Shown: piece after piece, positions 36,518-45,301 of the stretch | Layout of the letters: each line of letters begins with the position of its first letter | How positions within the stretch are numbered: position 1 is the stretch's first letter | Assembly: GCA_964618015.1 (NCBI GenBank) | Contig: CAZTZA010000004.1 | Coordinates: 1,440 to 65,439 of the forward strand | Origin: an uncultured Spirochaetaceae bacterium | GTDB lineage: Bacteria > Spirochaetota > Spirochaetia > SZUA-6 > Bin103 | DNA length: 64,000 nucleotides | Direction: 5' to 3' | The notes under the pieces: model-generated | Database searches by the model: none | The model's input: only the letters and a program-made list of their open reading frames with translations | What the model was told of the DNA's origin: nothing | Made by a program: the position numbers and the translations under genes

Positions 36518-37621
36518 TTACTCTCGATCATCACTTGCCAATCGTTCTATCAAAGGTTCGTTCCATTCAAGACCCAAGCCAGGCCGATCAGACATCTTTA
36601 TCATACCATCACGGAAGTCAGGCGGAGAGACCAGGTCATCCATCAACAATGCTGGACCCATCTCTACAGTCAAACCATTTATGACCGATGCCACTGCTAC
36701 TGCGCCTAGATGAGCATCACCATGCGGAGCCATCGGTAGGTGGTGGGCGCCGGCATATGCAGCAATCTTTAGCCATTCGGTGAATCCTCCGCAAACGTTT
36801 GGATCCGCCTGGATGAAATGCGCTCCTCGCATGTCGATTAGATCGCGGAATCCCCAGCGGGTAAACTCGTTCTCACCGGTCGCGATTGGGATTGGCTGTG
36901 CTTTCGACAGTGCGGCACTGCCTCGGATGTCGTCAGCCGGAACAGGTTCCTCAAACCAGAAGGGCTCGTACCGTTCTACCATCCGAGCGAAGCTCAGTGC
37001 GGTGGCAAAGTCCCAGCTGTTGTTAGCATCGAGCATGAGGTCGATCTCTGTCCCAACCGCCTCACGCACAGAACGGACTCGTGCGACATCTTGGCGGAGA
37101 GTTACTCCCGACCAGCCGACTTTCATTTTCACTGCTCTAAAACCCAGTTCTACAGCATGTAATGCCTCTGTAGCTAATTCGGGTAATCCTTTACCTTCCT
37201 GATAGTAACCACCAGCTGCGTATGCAGGAAGATCATGTTGCGCGCCCCCCAAGAGCTTCCATGTTGGCTGTCCGGCTACAATACCGCGTAGGTCCCAGAG
37301 GGCGTTATCAATGGCGCTCATGGCTCTTATATGATCGCCCTTGGCTACCGGCTTACGCCAATTTCCCTGGTACATTCGCTGCCAGATCTTTTCCGGAGCT
37401 AAAGGGTCCTGGCCAACAACAACTGAAGATAATTGCTGGATCAGTGCTGGATTAGTGCCGGGTGCTGGCGCCATCCCAACTGCTCCTTCATCTGTGGCAA
37501 CCGTAAGCCGAGCGAATCCTTTTCGTCTCGGCTTAGGCGGGTAACCGATAATCCCGTTCCAGATCCCTGGCTCCTGCTCGCCATAGGTAAAGGAAGTGAG
37601 AATGATGTCGGTGATCCGCAT
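36518..37621 (-). CDS. Enolase-superfamily enzyme, mandelate racemase/muconate-lactonizing (MR/MLE) subgroup, sugar-acid dehydratase-like
   Basis: N-terminal capping domain 'MRITDIILTSFTYGE', and barrel-domain metal ligands in 'IDLMLDANNSW', 'FWFEEP' and 'IATGENEF'. Confidence 0.8.
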   Translation of the reverse strand: MRITDIILTSFTYGEQEPGIWNGIIGYPPKPRRKGFARLTVATDEGAVGMAPAPGTNPALIQQLSSVVVGQDPLAPEKIWQRMYQGNWRKPVAKGDHIRAMSAIDNALWDLRGIVAGQPTWKLLGGAQHDLPAYAAGGYYQEGKGLPELATEALHAVELGFRAVKMKVGWSGVTLRQDVARVRSVREAVGTEIDLMLDANNSWDFATALSFARMVERYEPFWFEEPVPADDIRGSAALSKAQPIPIATGENEFTRWGFRDLIDMRGAHFIQADPNVCGGFTEWLKIAAYAGAHHLPMAPHGDAHLGAVAVASVINGLTVEMGPALLMDDLVSPPDFRDGMIKMSDRPGLGLEWNEPLIERLASDDRE

Positions 37622-37706
37622 ATGGACACTCTATCGTTTACCGCTGTCAGACTGAAACCCTCACACCGATGGTTTTCACCAATGAGTTGAGGTATCGAGG
37701 TCTATT

Positions 37707-40046
37707 TCAACGGACTAATCGCTTAAATCCTTCCTCCGGCAGCGGGCCGCGCATTCGATCCACGATGTCACCTTTGCGAATAGCATCGGCTAATTCGGCC
37801 ATTACTTGCTCCATCGCCACTGCGTGCTTATTTAATACCTCTTCGGTATGTGCCATCGAGCAGTAGATTGAAGGGGGTGCCAAGAAGCCGCGCTCAAGCA
37901 TGAGATGGGTATATAGGTTGCTGAGTTCACGTCCTTGCTCGTGATCGAAGCTGGCGCTGGCAAAACACGGATAGTTGTCAGAAACCACCATTGGTATTCC
38001 TGCCGCTTCGGAGTGCTTGCGCCAGTCCTCTTTGACGCGATTTCCGACCTTAGCCACGAAAGCGGGTACATCTAGTTGTTGCGTCATCTTCTTAACTGCT
38101 GCTACTGCTGCCGCGGGTCCCACTCCCTCAGTCCAATAGCTTGAGGAGATAAAGGAGCGTTCAGCTCCCTCCATTGCAGAGGCAGTTCCAATAACTGCGC
38201 CAATTGGGTGGCCATTACCGAGGCTTTTGCCAAATGCTGCTATATCAGGATTGACGCCGAAAAGTGCATGAGATCCAGCTGTTGCCAATCGGAAACCTAT
38301 GGAGGTCTCATCAAAGATGAGGAGTGCTCCAACGCGATGTGCTTCGTCTCTAATGTGCTCCAGATATCCTGGCTCCGGGTCCTTTCCTCGGCAAGGTTCC
38401 ATCACTACCGCCGCAAGCCTATCGCCGTATTCGGCAATTATGCGGTCAAATCCAGATGCATCTCCCTGCTCAAAGACATGGGCAGTGCCTCGCAATTCAC
38501 GCGGTACGCCCAGTGGTTCCAGACCGGGCATCAGATTCCCAGCGAGTGCTTCTTCTTCACCTAGATTGGCAGCTAGATACCAATCATGCCAGCCATGATA
38601 GCCACTGACAGCTACTACCGAGCGGTCCGTGGTAGCACGAGCGATGCGGACTGCTACAGTCATGGTTTCTCCCCCAGTACGCGCCAAACGAACACGCTCC
38701 GCCCAAGGGTGAAGTCCACACATCAATTCAGCTAGCTCAATCTCCTCGCGTGGGTTTAGTTGGCAACAACTCCCCAGGCTGACTCGTCTTACTACTGCAC
38801 GCGTTACGTCTGGGTCTCGGTAGCCCAAAATGGTGGCGCCGACAGCGTGTGAACTGCAATCAAAAAAGTGTCTGCCTGCCTCGTCCCACACTTCGCAGCC
38901 TCGAGCCTCACGAAAATAGGGAGGCCAAACATCGGGAGCGAAACGGTCAGGATTCTTACTAAGTAAATGATTTCCGCGTGGGATGATAGTGAGCGCATGC
39001 TCATAACTCTTTTGACCAAGCTGGGGATCTACTTCACGCAGGCCGAGTAGTCGCTCGGCGTTATCACAGAAGATATCCTGTAGGTCGAGGTCGTTCAGTC
39101 CAAATCGGTCGCCTGCTTGAAAAATAGCCCGTAGTTCTTCGAGGCCAACTTGGATAGGTTGACCGAAGAAAGCCTGCTCATTCCAATCCAACTGATCAGT
39201 GGTAATCCAGGCGAAGCCACTGCCCAAGGTCATGTGTCGGCCGCGTTGGTGCGAGACTGGAAAGTCTGATCCGTACATCAGTTGCCGTGGCCCAAACTCC
39301 TCCAGGATCGCAATCATCGGCTCTGCCTCGCAGATTGCGGAAGTGTCAAACCAGATATTCTGCAACCCACGTAAGGAGCCGATTGCCTTGGTAGTATTAG
39401 GTCCGTGAAACCCTCGTGCCGCGTGCGCCAGAATTAGCTGCGCATTTGGGAAGCGTTCACATTTCTCACGGATCTGACGTTGGTTCTCCGGATCGTCTAG
39501 TGCAGGGTCTCGGACGATGTGTAACATGATGAACCAGCCTCGGGCATCTGCAACCTTCCAGGTCCATTCCGGCAGGAATTCGTCAATGTATGACTGTTGC
39601 GTGTCAGAGCGGTCACTGTAGCAATGGTAGCATTTAAAACCGCCTATTCCCTCGCCTTCGAGATGTTCTTCAACGTCAGAAAGTTCCGTGTGCGCATCGA
39701 CCAAATAGGCTCTAATATTCCTTGGTTGGCCTGAAACCTCTGCTTCCACAAAATCGTTTTTTGGGCCGATTGGCAAATCAGCTGAAGGGAAAGGCAGTAC
39801 TAGTGAGCCGACCATGCGGTCCTGGCCACCAAGCTGTCTGCCTACCAGTTTACGCCAGTCATCTAGTCTTACTTGCTCCGGTCCCCAATTAATCATTGTT
39901 CCGACCTGCGGGAAATGTGCTCTATCGTATAAATGCATGTGAGCGTCAAAAATGCGTTCTGGAACGCGTTTGGATAACTCTTCCGTTGCCTCCTGATCAG
40001 CGTTGGTTGTTTTCCATCCGGTCGCGAACTGTTCGTTCATCTGCAT
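37707..40046 (-). CDS. Bifunctional fusion: N-terminal amidohydrolase_2 (metal-dependent TIM-barrel hydrolase) plus C-terminal class-III (ω-type) PLP aminotransferase
   Basis: N-terminal half has 'FDAHMHLYD' (HxH metal motif), 'LILAHAARG' and 'MYGSDFP'. C-terminal half has 'GNHLLSKNP...EVWDEAGRHFFD' and the PLP-lysine context 'LIFDETSIGFRL...NPDIAAFGKSLGNGHPIGAV'. Single 779-aa frame. Confidence 0.7.
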   Translation of the reverse strand: MQMNEQFATGWKTTNADQEATEELSKRVPERIFDAHMHLYDRAHFPQVGTMINWGPEQVRLDDWRKLVGRQLGGQDRMVGSLVLPFPSADLPIGPKNDFVEAEVSGQPRNIRAYLVDAHTELSDVEEHLEGEGIGGFKCYHCYSDRSDTQQSYIDEFLPEWTWKVADARGWFIMLHIVRDPALDDPENQRQIREKCERFPNAQLILAHAARGFHGPNTTKAIGSLRGLQNIWFDTSAICEAEPMIAILEEFGPRQLMYGSDFPVSHQRGRHMTLGSGFAWITTDQLDWNEQAFFGQPIQVGLEELRAIFQAGDRFGLNDLDLQDIFCDNAERLLGLREVDPQLGQKSYEHALTIIPRGNHLLSKNPDRFAPDVWPPYFREARGCEVWDEAGRHFFDCSSHAVGATILGYRDPDVTRAVVRRVSLGSCCQLNPREEIELAELMCGLHPWAERVRLARTGGETMTVAVRIARATTDRSVVAVSGYHGWHDWYLAANLGEEEALAGNLMPGLEPLGVPRELRGTAHVFEQGDASGFDRIIAEYGDRLAAVVMEPCRGKDPEPGYLEHIRDEAHRVGALLIFDETSIGFRLATAGSHALFGVNPDIAAFGKSLGNGHPIGAVIGTASAMEGAERSFISSSYWTEGVGPAAAVAAVKKMTQQLDVPAFVAKVGNRVKEDWRKHSEAAGIPMVVSDNYPCFASASFDHEQGRELSNLYTHLMLERGFLAPPSIYCSMAHTEEVLNKHAVAMEQVMAELADAIRKGDIVDRMRGPLPEEGFKRLVR

Positions 40047-40124
40047 AGCACCCTCCTGCCTTTGTCAGGCATGATATCACGGCGGGTTGCCCAAGATGGA
40101 GTAATCTGAGAGTGTTTATGGATC

Positions 40125-40838
40125 ATGAAATTCATGGCAGCTTTTCTGACTGTTGCGCTCGTCGGTACGGTTGCTTGGTCCAAGACCGGTAGCTTTGACT
40201 ACGACGATGGGTCGTCTTACGTAGGCGAGTTCGAATCCGGTAAGGTCCACGGCCTAGGTACTTATACATGGGCTGACGGGACAGTTTATTCTGGGGCGTT
40301 TGACACTGGCCGTCCACATGGGGAAGGCATTCTTACTTGGTCCACCGGTGCATCCTACGTTGGGCCATTTGCAGCTGGTACGATGAAAGGAACCGGCACA
40401 ATTATGTGGGCGAGCGGTGCAGAGTACGAGGGAAATTTTACGGCTGGTCATATCAACGGATATGGCACTTTGAAGTGGCCTGACGGCACTGTATATATAG
40501 GACAATTTGTTTCTGAACGGATTGAAGGTGCTGGTACGCTGACGTGGCCTAACGGTTCCCGTTATCAGGGAAACTTTGTCGGTGGAAAAATTCAAGGTCC
40601 TGGCATCATGTCCTGGCCCAACGGTGATCGTTACCAGGGTGAGTTCTCATCTGGAGCTGCGCATGGTGAAGGCACCTATACCTGGTCTAGCGGCTCCCGC
40701 TACGAGGGTACTTACAGTTTGGGTATGGCCTCAGGCGGAATTTTTTATGTTACCGATAGTGACGGAAGAGATTGGCACTTTATAGCTTTACAAGACTCGA
40801 ATGGGGACTGGAAGGTTGAGCATCCGGAAAGCCAATAG
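40125..40838 (+). CDS. MORN-repeat protein, secreted
   Basis: Signal peptide 'FMAAFLTVALVGTVAWS' followed by about eight tandem 23-aa 'YxGxFxxGxxHGxGTxTWxxG' MORN units. Confidence 0.7.
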   Translation: MKFMAAFLTVALVGTVAWSKTGSFDYDDGSSYVGEFESGKVHGLGTYTWADGTVYSGAFDTGRPHGEGILTWSTGASYVGPFAAGTMKGTGTIMWASGAEYEGNFTAGHINGYGTLKWPDGTVYIGQFVSERIEGAGTLTWPNGSRYQGNFVGGKIQGPGIMSWPNGDRYQGEFSSGAAHGEGTYTWSSGSRYEGTYSLGMASGGIFYVTDSDGRDWHFIALQDSNGDWKVEHPESQ

Positions 40839-41043
40839 CTGTGCTCTTTGCAGAGGTTTTTCTTCCGCTAAATGAGTTCGGGGGTCGCGGACAATAACGA
40901 GAGATGGGATCGATCTATGATTGAGGCCGGCTTTCGTCCAGCGTTGGTCAGTCGGGAGAGCGCATTTGGTGTGCTTGATCGCGGTAGCTGCCCTTTCTCG
41001 TGCTAACGTTGTGATCAAGCTTTTGTGGGAGGAGGCTGTTCTA

Positions 41044-42078
41044 TCAGTTTGACGTGCTGGGGCAAGGCGGGTCATGGGGGAGGCGTCTGTACTCTGACAG
41101 CGCCTGATCCATTACTAAGTTCGTCCGTGCAGCGCTCTCACCGGTACTAGGGCATGAGCCTTCATTGCGGAGTTGATTAACGATTGATTGGATCATTGGC
41201 TGCTGCACGTGCTCAGGATGCGGTATCTTCATGAACTTAGTGCCAGAGCTAGTGGAGATCTCGAAAGGGGCTTCACCGAAAGTCGAATAACGGATCAGGC
41301 CATTGCTGCCCGCAATTTCCACTTGATCGACGCTTTCTTGAGAGGTGAACGAAAAACGGGCAGCACCAATAACGCCATCACGAAAGCGCATAGCGAAAGT
41401 TACGGCATCCTCTGCCTCATAAGCGTTGAGCTGGTTAACGGCGAATCCTCGCACCTCAGCGATTGGTCCGAGCAGGTAGTCCAGCAGGTCAAGCACGTGC
41501 GATCCCATGTCAGCGAATAAGCCGCCGCCAGCGATCTCGGGATTATAACGCCATGGCAAATCTCCGGTACTGAGTTTTGGATCAGGTGGGTTTGCGTACG
41601 TCACGGTTACCGTTCGAGGCGTTCCGATAGCGCCTTCAAACAAGGCCTTACGAATGGCAATAAAACGAGGTAGTGTTCGCCGATAGTAGGCGACGAACAG
41701 AGGCACGCTCGCTAATGCGGCGGCGTCATTCATCGATACACAGTCAGCATAGCTGCAAGCCATTGGTTTCTCCACGTAGACTGGTTTTCCTGCAGCAAGT
41801 GCTTGCAATGTATGGTCATGATGCGATGAAGGAGGTGTGGCCACATACACCGCGTCGACTTCAGCGTCAGAGATCAAAGCATCAGCGTCGTCATAAGCTC
41901 TAGGTACTCCATGTCGATGTGCATAGTCGTGGGCGGCAGCACTATTACGTCGCATTACTGCCACCAGTTGAGATCCTTGTGCCTTGCGGAATCCTGGACC
42001 GCTCTTGACCTCGGTAACGTTACCACAACCGATAATCCCCCAACGGATTAGAGATGAATTACTTGTTAACATCTTCAT
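41044..42078 (-). CDS. Gfo/Idh/MocA family oxidoreductase
   Basis: 'IRWGIIGCGNVTEVK' and 'EKP' in 'VYVEKPMA'. Confidence 0.8.
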   Translation of the reverse strand: MKMLTSNSSLIRWGIIGCGNVTEVKSGPGFRKAQGSQLVAVMRRNSAAAHDYAHRHGVPRAYDDADALISDAEVDAVYVATPPSSHHDHTLQALAAGKPVYVEKPMACSYADCVSMNDAAALASVPLFVAYYRRTLPRFIAIRKALFEGAIGTPRTVTVTYANPPDPKLSTGDLPWRYNPEIAGGGLFADMGSHVLDLLDYLLGPIAEVRGFAVNQLNAYEAEDAVTFAMRFRDGVIGAARFSFTSQESVDQVEIAGSNGLIRYSTFGEAPFEISTSSGTKFMKIPHPEHVQQPMIQSIVNQLRNEGSCPSTGESAARTNLVMDQALSEYRRLPHDPPCPSTSN

Positions 42079-42611
42079 GGACCAAGTAATGCACGCAAAG
42101 CAGGGGATTGAATACGTGGCTCGGCTGCTCGGCGTAGTTCGCTAGCTGCAACAGTCCCGGCTTTCGAATAGATGTCTGCTAGTAACGCCATGTCGAGAAT
42201 GTCTATGTCCTTCACCAGTTGGCCCTCCGGGGTTCGCCGCTCGGTATAGTCTAACCACGCATCCATCAATGTCCCGTCTTGATCGATTTTTCCCAGGATT
42301 TTTCGTGCCGCCTGTTCCTCTTTTTGATGTTTTTCGTGGAGAGACACACCGTCAGCAGGGGTCAAGTCTCCGGTGAGCGCTTCGGCTATATCATGGATAA
42401 TAGCGATGAGCACCGCTCGTGCCGGGTCGACACCGATTACTGAGGCGGCAATTGCTGCCAGGGCAGCGACACCGAACGAATGCGCTGCTACTGACTCCGG
42501 ACAACGGACACCGCGTTCAACCCAACCTTTGCGTTTTAATTGCTTAAGTTCAGCAATATATGCGAAGAACTCGGTGAGATCTTCGGACGTTAAATTTCCC
42601 GCATTTTTCAC
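42075..42611 (-). CDS. HD-domain phosphohydrolase, YfbR-like 5'-deoxynucleotidase
   Basis: 'HSFGVAALA...IIHDIAEALTGDLTP' (H...HD...D metal motifs). 4-nt overlap with the downstream gene. Confidence 0.75.
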   Translation of the reverse strand: MKNAGNLTSEDLTEFFAYIAELKQLKRKGWVERGVRCPESVAAHSFGVAALAAIAASVIGVDPARAVLIAIIHDIAEALTGDLTPADGVSLHEKHQKEEQAARKILGKIDQDGTLMDAWLDYTERRTPEGQLVKDIDILDMALLADIYSKAGTVAASELRRAAEPRIQSPALRALLGP

Positions 42612-42666
42612 TACGAGAGGGTAGTCTGATAGGAACCTCCTCTACTACCGTAGAAGAAGTAACAAT

Positions 42667-43350
42667 ATGGCAGGTACTGTGGGCCCAGTTCAGTTATTTA
42701 TTCAGGAGGATGAGATAGAGCTTGCTGACTATGCCGAGTGCGCTAAGGTTGGCGACTTGATTGAGTCCTTGGGAAGGATGCGGCTGCGTCCTGGTCTAGC
42801 TACGGTCGGTTGTGCAGGTTGCGGGCTATGCTGCCGTGACCGCGTGCCAATACTCGGTTCCGACCTGAAGCTACTTGAAGGGGCTCTGGGGATCAGTCGT
42901 GCACAATTAATCAGGGATCATCTGGACTTGCCAGCGCAACCGGATCCTGAAGAACGAGCTGTCCAGATCGCCGACCTTGCTCGACAGATGAGCGTCTCAA
43001 TAACTGAAGCAACGTTTCTCTACGAATGGAATACCGGTGATCCGGTTGTTCCCAAACGGGCGCTCAACAGTTTTTGTCACTGGCTCCGAGATCGTCGTTG
43101 TTCGATCTATCCTAGCCGCCCGCTGATTTGCTCGTTCTATCTGTGCAACTTCGGTAATCGACTGTCTGGGCTGTTCGATTCGATCGTACGTCAGGGTATA
43201 TGGCACAGCTATGTCATTCTAGGATGGATCGACTGTCATGTTGTATCGCATAATCCATTCTTGGCCTCTGATGACCCGACACAAGCCCTACTTGCTGATT
43301 TTGATATCAAAGTTGGTCCGCTTCTGAGTAAGATTGCCGAGGTTTGGTAG
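42667..43350 (+). CDS. YkgJ/UPF0153 family Cys-cluster (putative Zn/Fe-chelating) protein
   Basis: 'CAGCGLCC' (CxxCxxCC) and a second Cys group 'CSIYPSRPLICSFYLCNFG'. Confidence 0.5.
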   Translation: MAGTVGPVQLFIQEDEIELADYAECAKVGDLIESLGRMRLRPGLATVGCAGCGLCCRDRVPILGSDLKLLEGALGISRAQLIRDHLDLPAQPDPEERAVQIADLARQMSVSITEATFLYEWNTGDPVVPKRALNSFCHWLRDRRCSIYPSRPLICSFYLCNFGNRLSGLFDSIVRQGIWHSYVILGWIDCHVVSHNPFLASDDPTQALLADFDIKVGPLLSKIAEVW

Positions 43351-43405
43351 TGCAAGATAGGTTAATCCATACGCGGACCGAGTTGTTAGATCGGTTCTTG
43401 GCATC

Positions 43406-45301
43406 ATGAATGACCATAAGTCGATGATTCAATCTCGAGATCCCTCTACGGTCTGGGCTGGCATGGGCCCTGTACTGCGTATCCTCCGTATGGGTTTTGG
43501 TTTTCCGGTACGTATGACGATTGCAATAGCCAGTACCATCATGGCTGCTGGGCTCCAACTTTTATTACCTCAGTATCTCGGTAAAGCAGTCGACACGGTA
43601 CACACGATTCTCTCCAAAGTTACTGATCAAGAGGCAGCCAAGCGTGAACTGCTGCAATTGGCAGGGCTAATTCTATTGGCCGGTATTTTGCGCGGCCTAG
43701 CGATGATGATACACAGCCAGCAGGCGGAAGTAGTTGGTCAGAGTGTTGGCTATCGGCTGCGCATGGATTTCTACGACAAAATCCAGCGGCTAAGCTATGG
43801 ATTCCATGACAGCGTACACACTGGGGAGTTGATCACCCGCGGTATGCTTGACGTGGAGTCAGTGGCTAGTTCGTTTAACCGAGGTTTTATTAAGTCTATA
43901 TGGATATTTATATTGATTAGCTGGGGCACTTTCCTGTTAATCCGTACAGATCCAGTTCTGACTATAGCGGCGCTGAGTTTTATTCCGCTGGTTATCTGGC
44001 GTGCTATTGTGGCTCGCCTTCGACTCCGCGTTGCATGGAACCGCCTGCAGCAATGTTTGGGTTGGCTAACCAAGGTTATGGAGGAAAACCTAGGAGGCAT
44101 TCGCGTAGTACGAGCATTTGCTGCTCGCAACCATGAACTCGCCAAGTTCGACTCCGTCTCCGATCAGGCTATGCGTCACACCGATCGCACGATCAAGATT
44201 CGCGTGCTCAATGTTAGTTTTATGACCCTATCATTTTACTCTGCGATGGCTTTGATGCTCTGGGTCGGAGGCACCCGCGTGTTGAATGGGTACATTACTA
44301 TCGGCGAGATCACCGAATTCCTAGTCTTCATGCTTATCCTACAGATGCCAATCCGGACTTTCGGTATGGTTGTGAGCTCACTCGCACGCGCCTCGACTTC
44401 AGGAGGCCGCCTGTTCGAGATTTTAGATTTAGAGCTTGATATCAAGAATCAGATAGGTGCGCGCGATCTCGAGGTTCACCGGGGTGTTCTGCGGTTCGAT
44501 TCAGTAACTTTTTCCTACGGTAGTGCTGGGGAACAGCGTACTAAGACCAACGTATTAGAAGATATAAGTTTTGAGGTTACCCCTGGGAAAACGCTCGGTA
44601 TCGTTGGACCACCGGGGTCAGGAAAATCCACAATCGCCCTGCTGGCAGCTCGTTATTATGACGTCGACGATGGTTGTATCACAATTGATAATAAGGATAT
44701 AAGAACGATAACTCTGCAATCTTTACGATCGGCAGTGGGAGTGATCCACCAAGACAATTTCATGTTTACTACCAGTTTGGAAAGTAATGTGGGATATGCT
44801 GATCCTTGGGCTAGTGACAAGAGAATCACTCAAGCTAGCTCCTTGGCACAGCTACATGACTGGGTGACCAGCTTACCAGATCAGTATCAAACGTTAGTAG
44901 GTGAGAGGGGCGTATCGCTATCCGGCGGACAGCGACAACGACTTTCGATTGCTCGTAGCATTCTATCCAACCCAGCGATCATCATCTTTGATGATGCCAC
45001 GGCTTCTATAGACGCCGGTACTGAGCAGCGCATTCGCACTGGTCTGGGCACTCTGATGGAAGATAAAGCTACTCTTATCGTTTCGCATCGGTTGAGCTCG
45101 TTGATAGGTGCTGATGAGATCATTTTTTTAGACCAAGGAAAAATCGTCGAACGAGGTTCTCATGCAGAATTGATAGAGTTGGGTGGTCGTTATCGCGCTT
45201 TGTACGAATTACAGACGGATCCATTAAAGTCGTTGGAACCGGACATTAGTAGCACTACCCCTGATACAACACAAACCTCGGAGGTGGCTGATGCCAAATA
45301 G
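43406..45301 (+). CDS. ABC exporter, fused transmembrane and ATP-binding domains (MsbA/type-I exporter), subunit 1
   Basis: Six TM segments, then Walker A 'GPPGSGKST', signature 'LSGGQRQR' and Walker B 'IIIFDDATAS'. Confidence 0.85.
   Translation: MNDHKSMIQSRDPSTVWAGMGPVLRILRMGFGFPVRMTIAIASTIMAAGLQLLLPQYLGKAVDTVHTILSKVTDQEAAKRELLQLAGLILLAGILRGLAMMIHSQQAEVVGQSVGYRLRMDFYDKIQRLSYGFHDSVHTGELITRGMLDVESVASSFNRGFIKSIWIFILISWGTFLLIRTDPVLTIAALSFIPLVIWRAIVARLRLRVAWNRLQQCLGWLTKVMEENLGGIRVVRAFAARNHELAKFDSVSDQAMRHTDRTIKIRVLNVSFMTLSFYSAMALMLWVGGTRVLNGYITIGEITEFLVFMLILQMPIRTFGMVVSSLARASTSGGRLFEILDLELDIKNQIGARDLEVHRGVLRFDSVTFSYGSAGEQRTKTNVLEDISFEVTPGKTLGIVGPPGSGKSTIALLAARYYDVDDGCITIDNKDIRTITLQSLRSAVGVIHQDNFMFTTSLESNVGYADPWASDKRITQASSLAQLHDWVTSLPDQYQTLVGERGVSLSGGQRQRLSIARSILSNPAIIIFDDATASIDAGTEQRIRTGLGTLMEDKATLIVSHRLSSLIGADEIIFLDQGKIVERGSHAELIELGGRYRALYELQTDPLKSLEPDISSTTPDTTQTSEVADAK

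Noticed and set aside
38208-38598. Two overlapping plus-strand ORFs (118 and 99 aa)
   Set aside because: Antisense within the amidohydrolase::aminotransferase gene; no motifs.
40960-41010. Inverted repeat GCTTGATC...GATCAAGC after the MORN gene as a terminator
   Set aside because: The loop is ~32 nt and there is no proper U-run, only TTTTG, so it is too weak to call as an intrinsic terminator.
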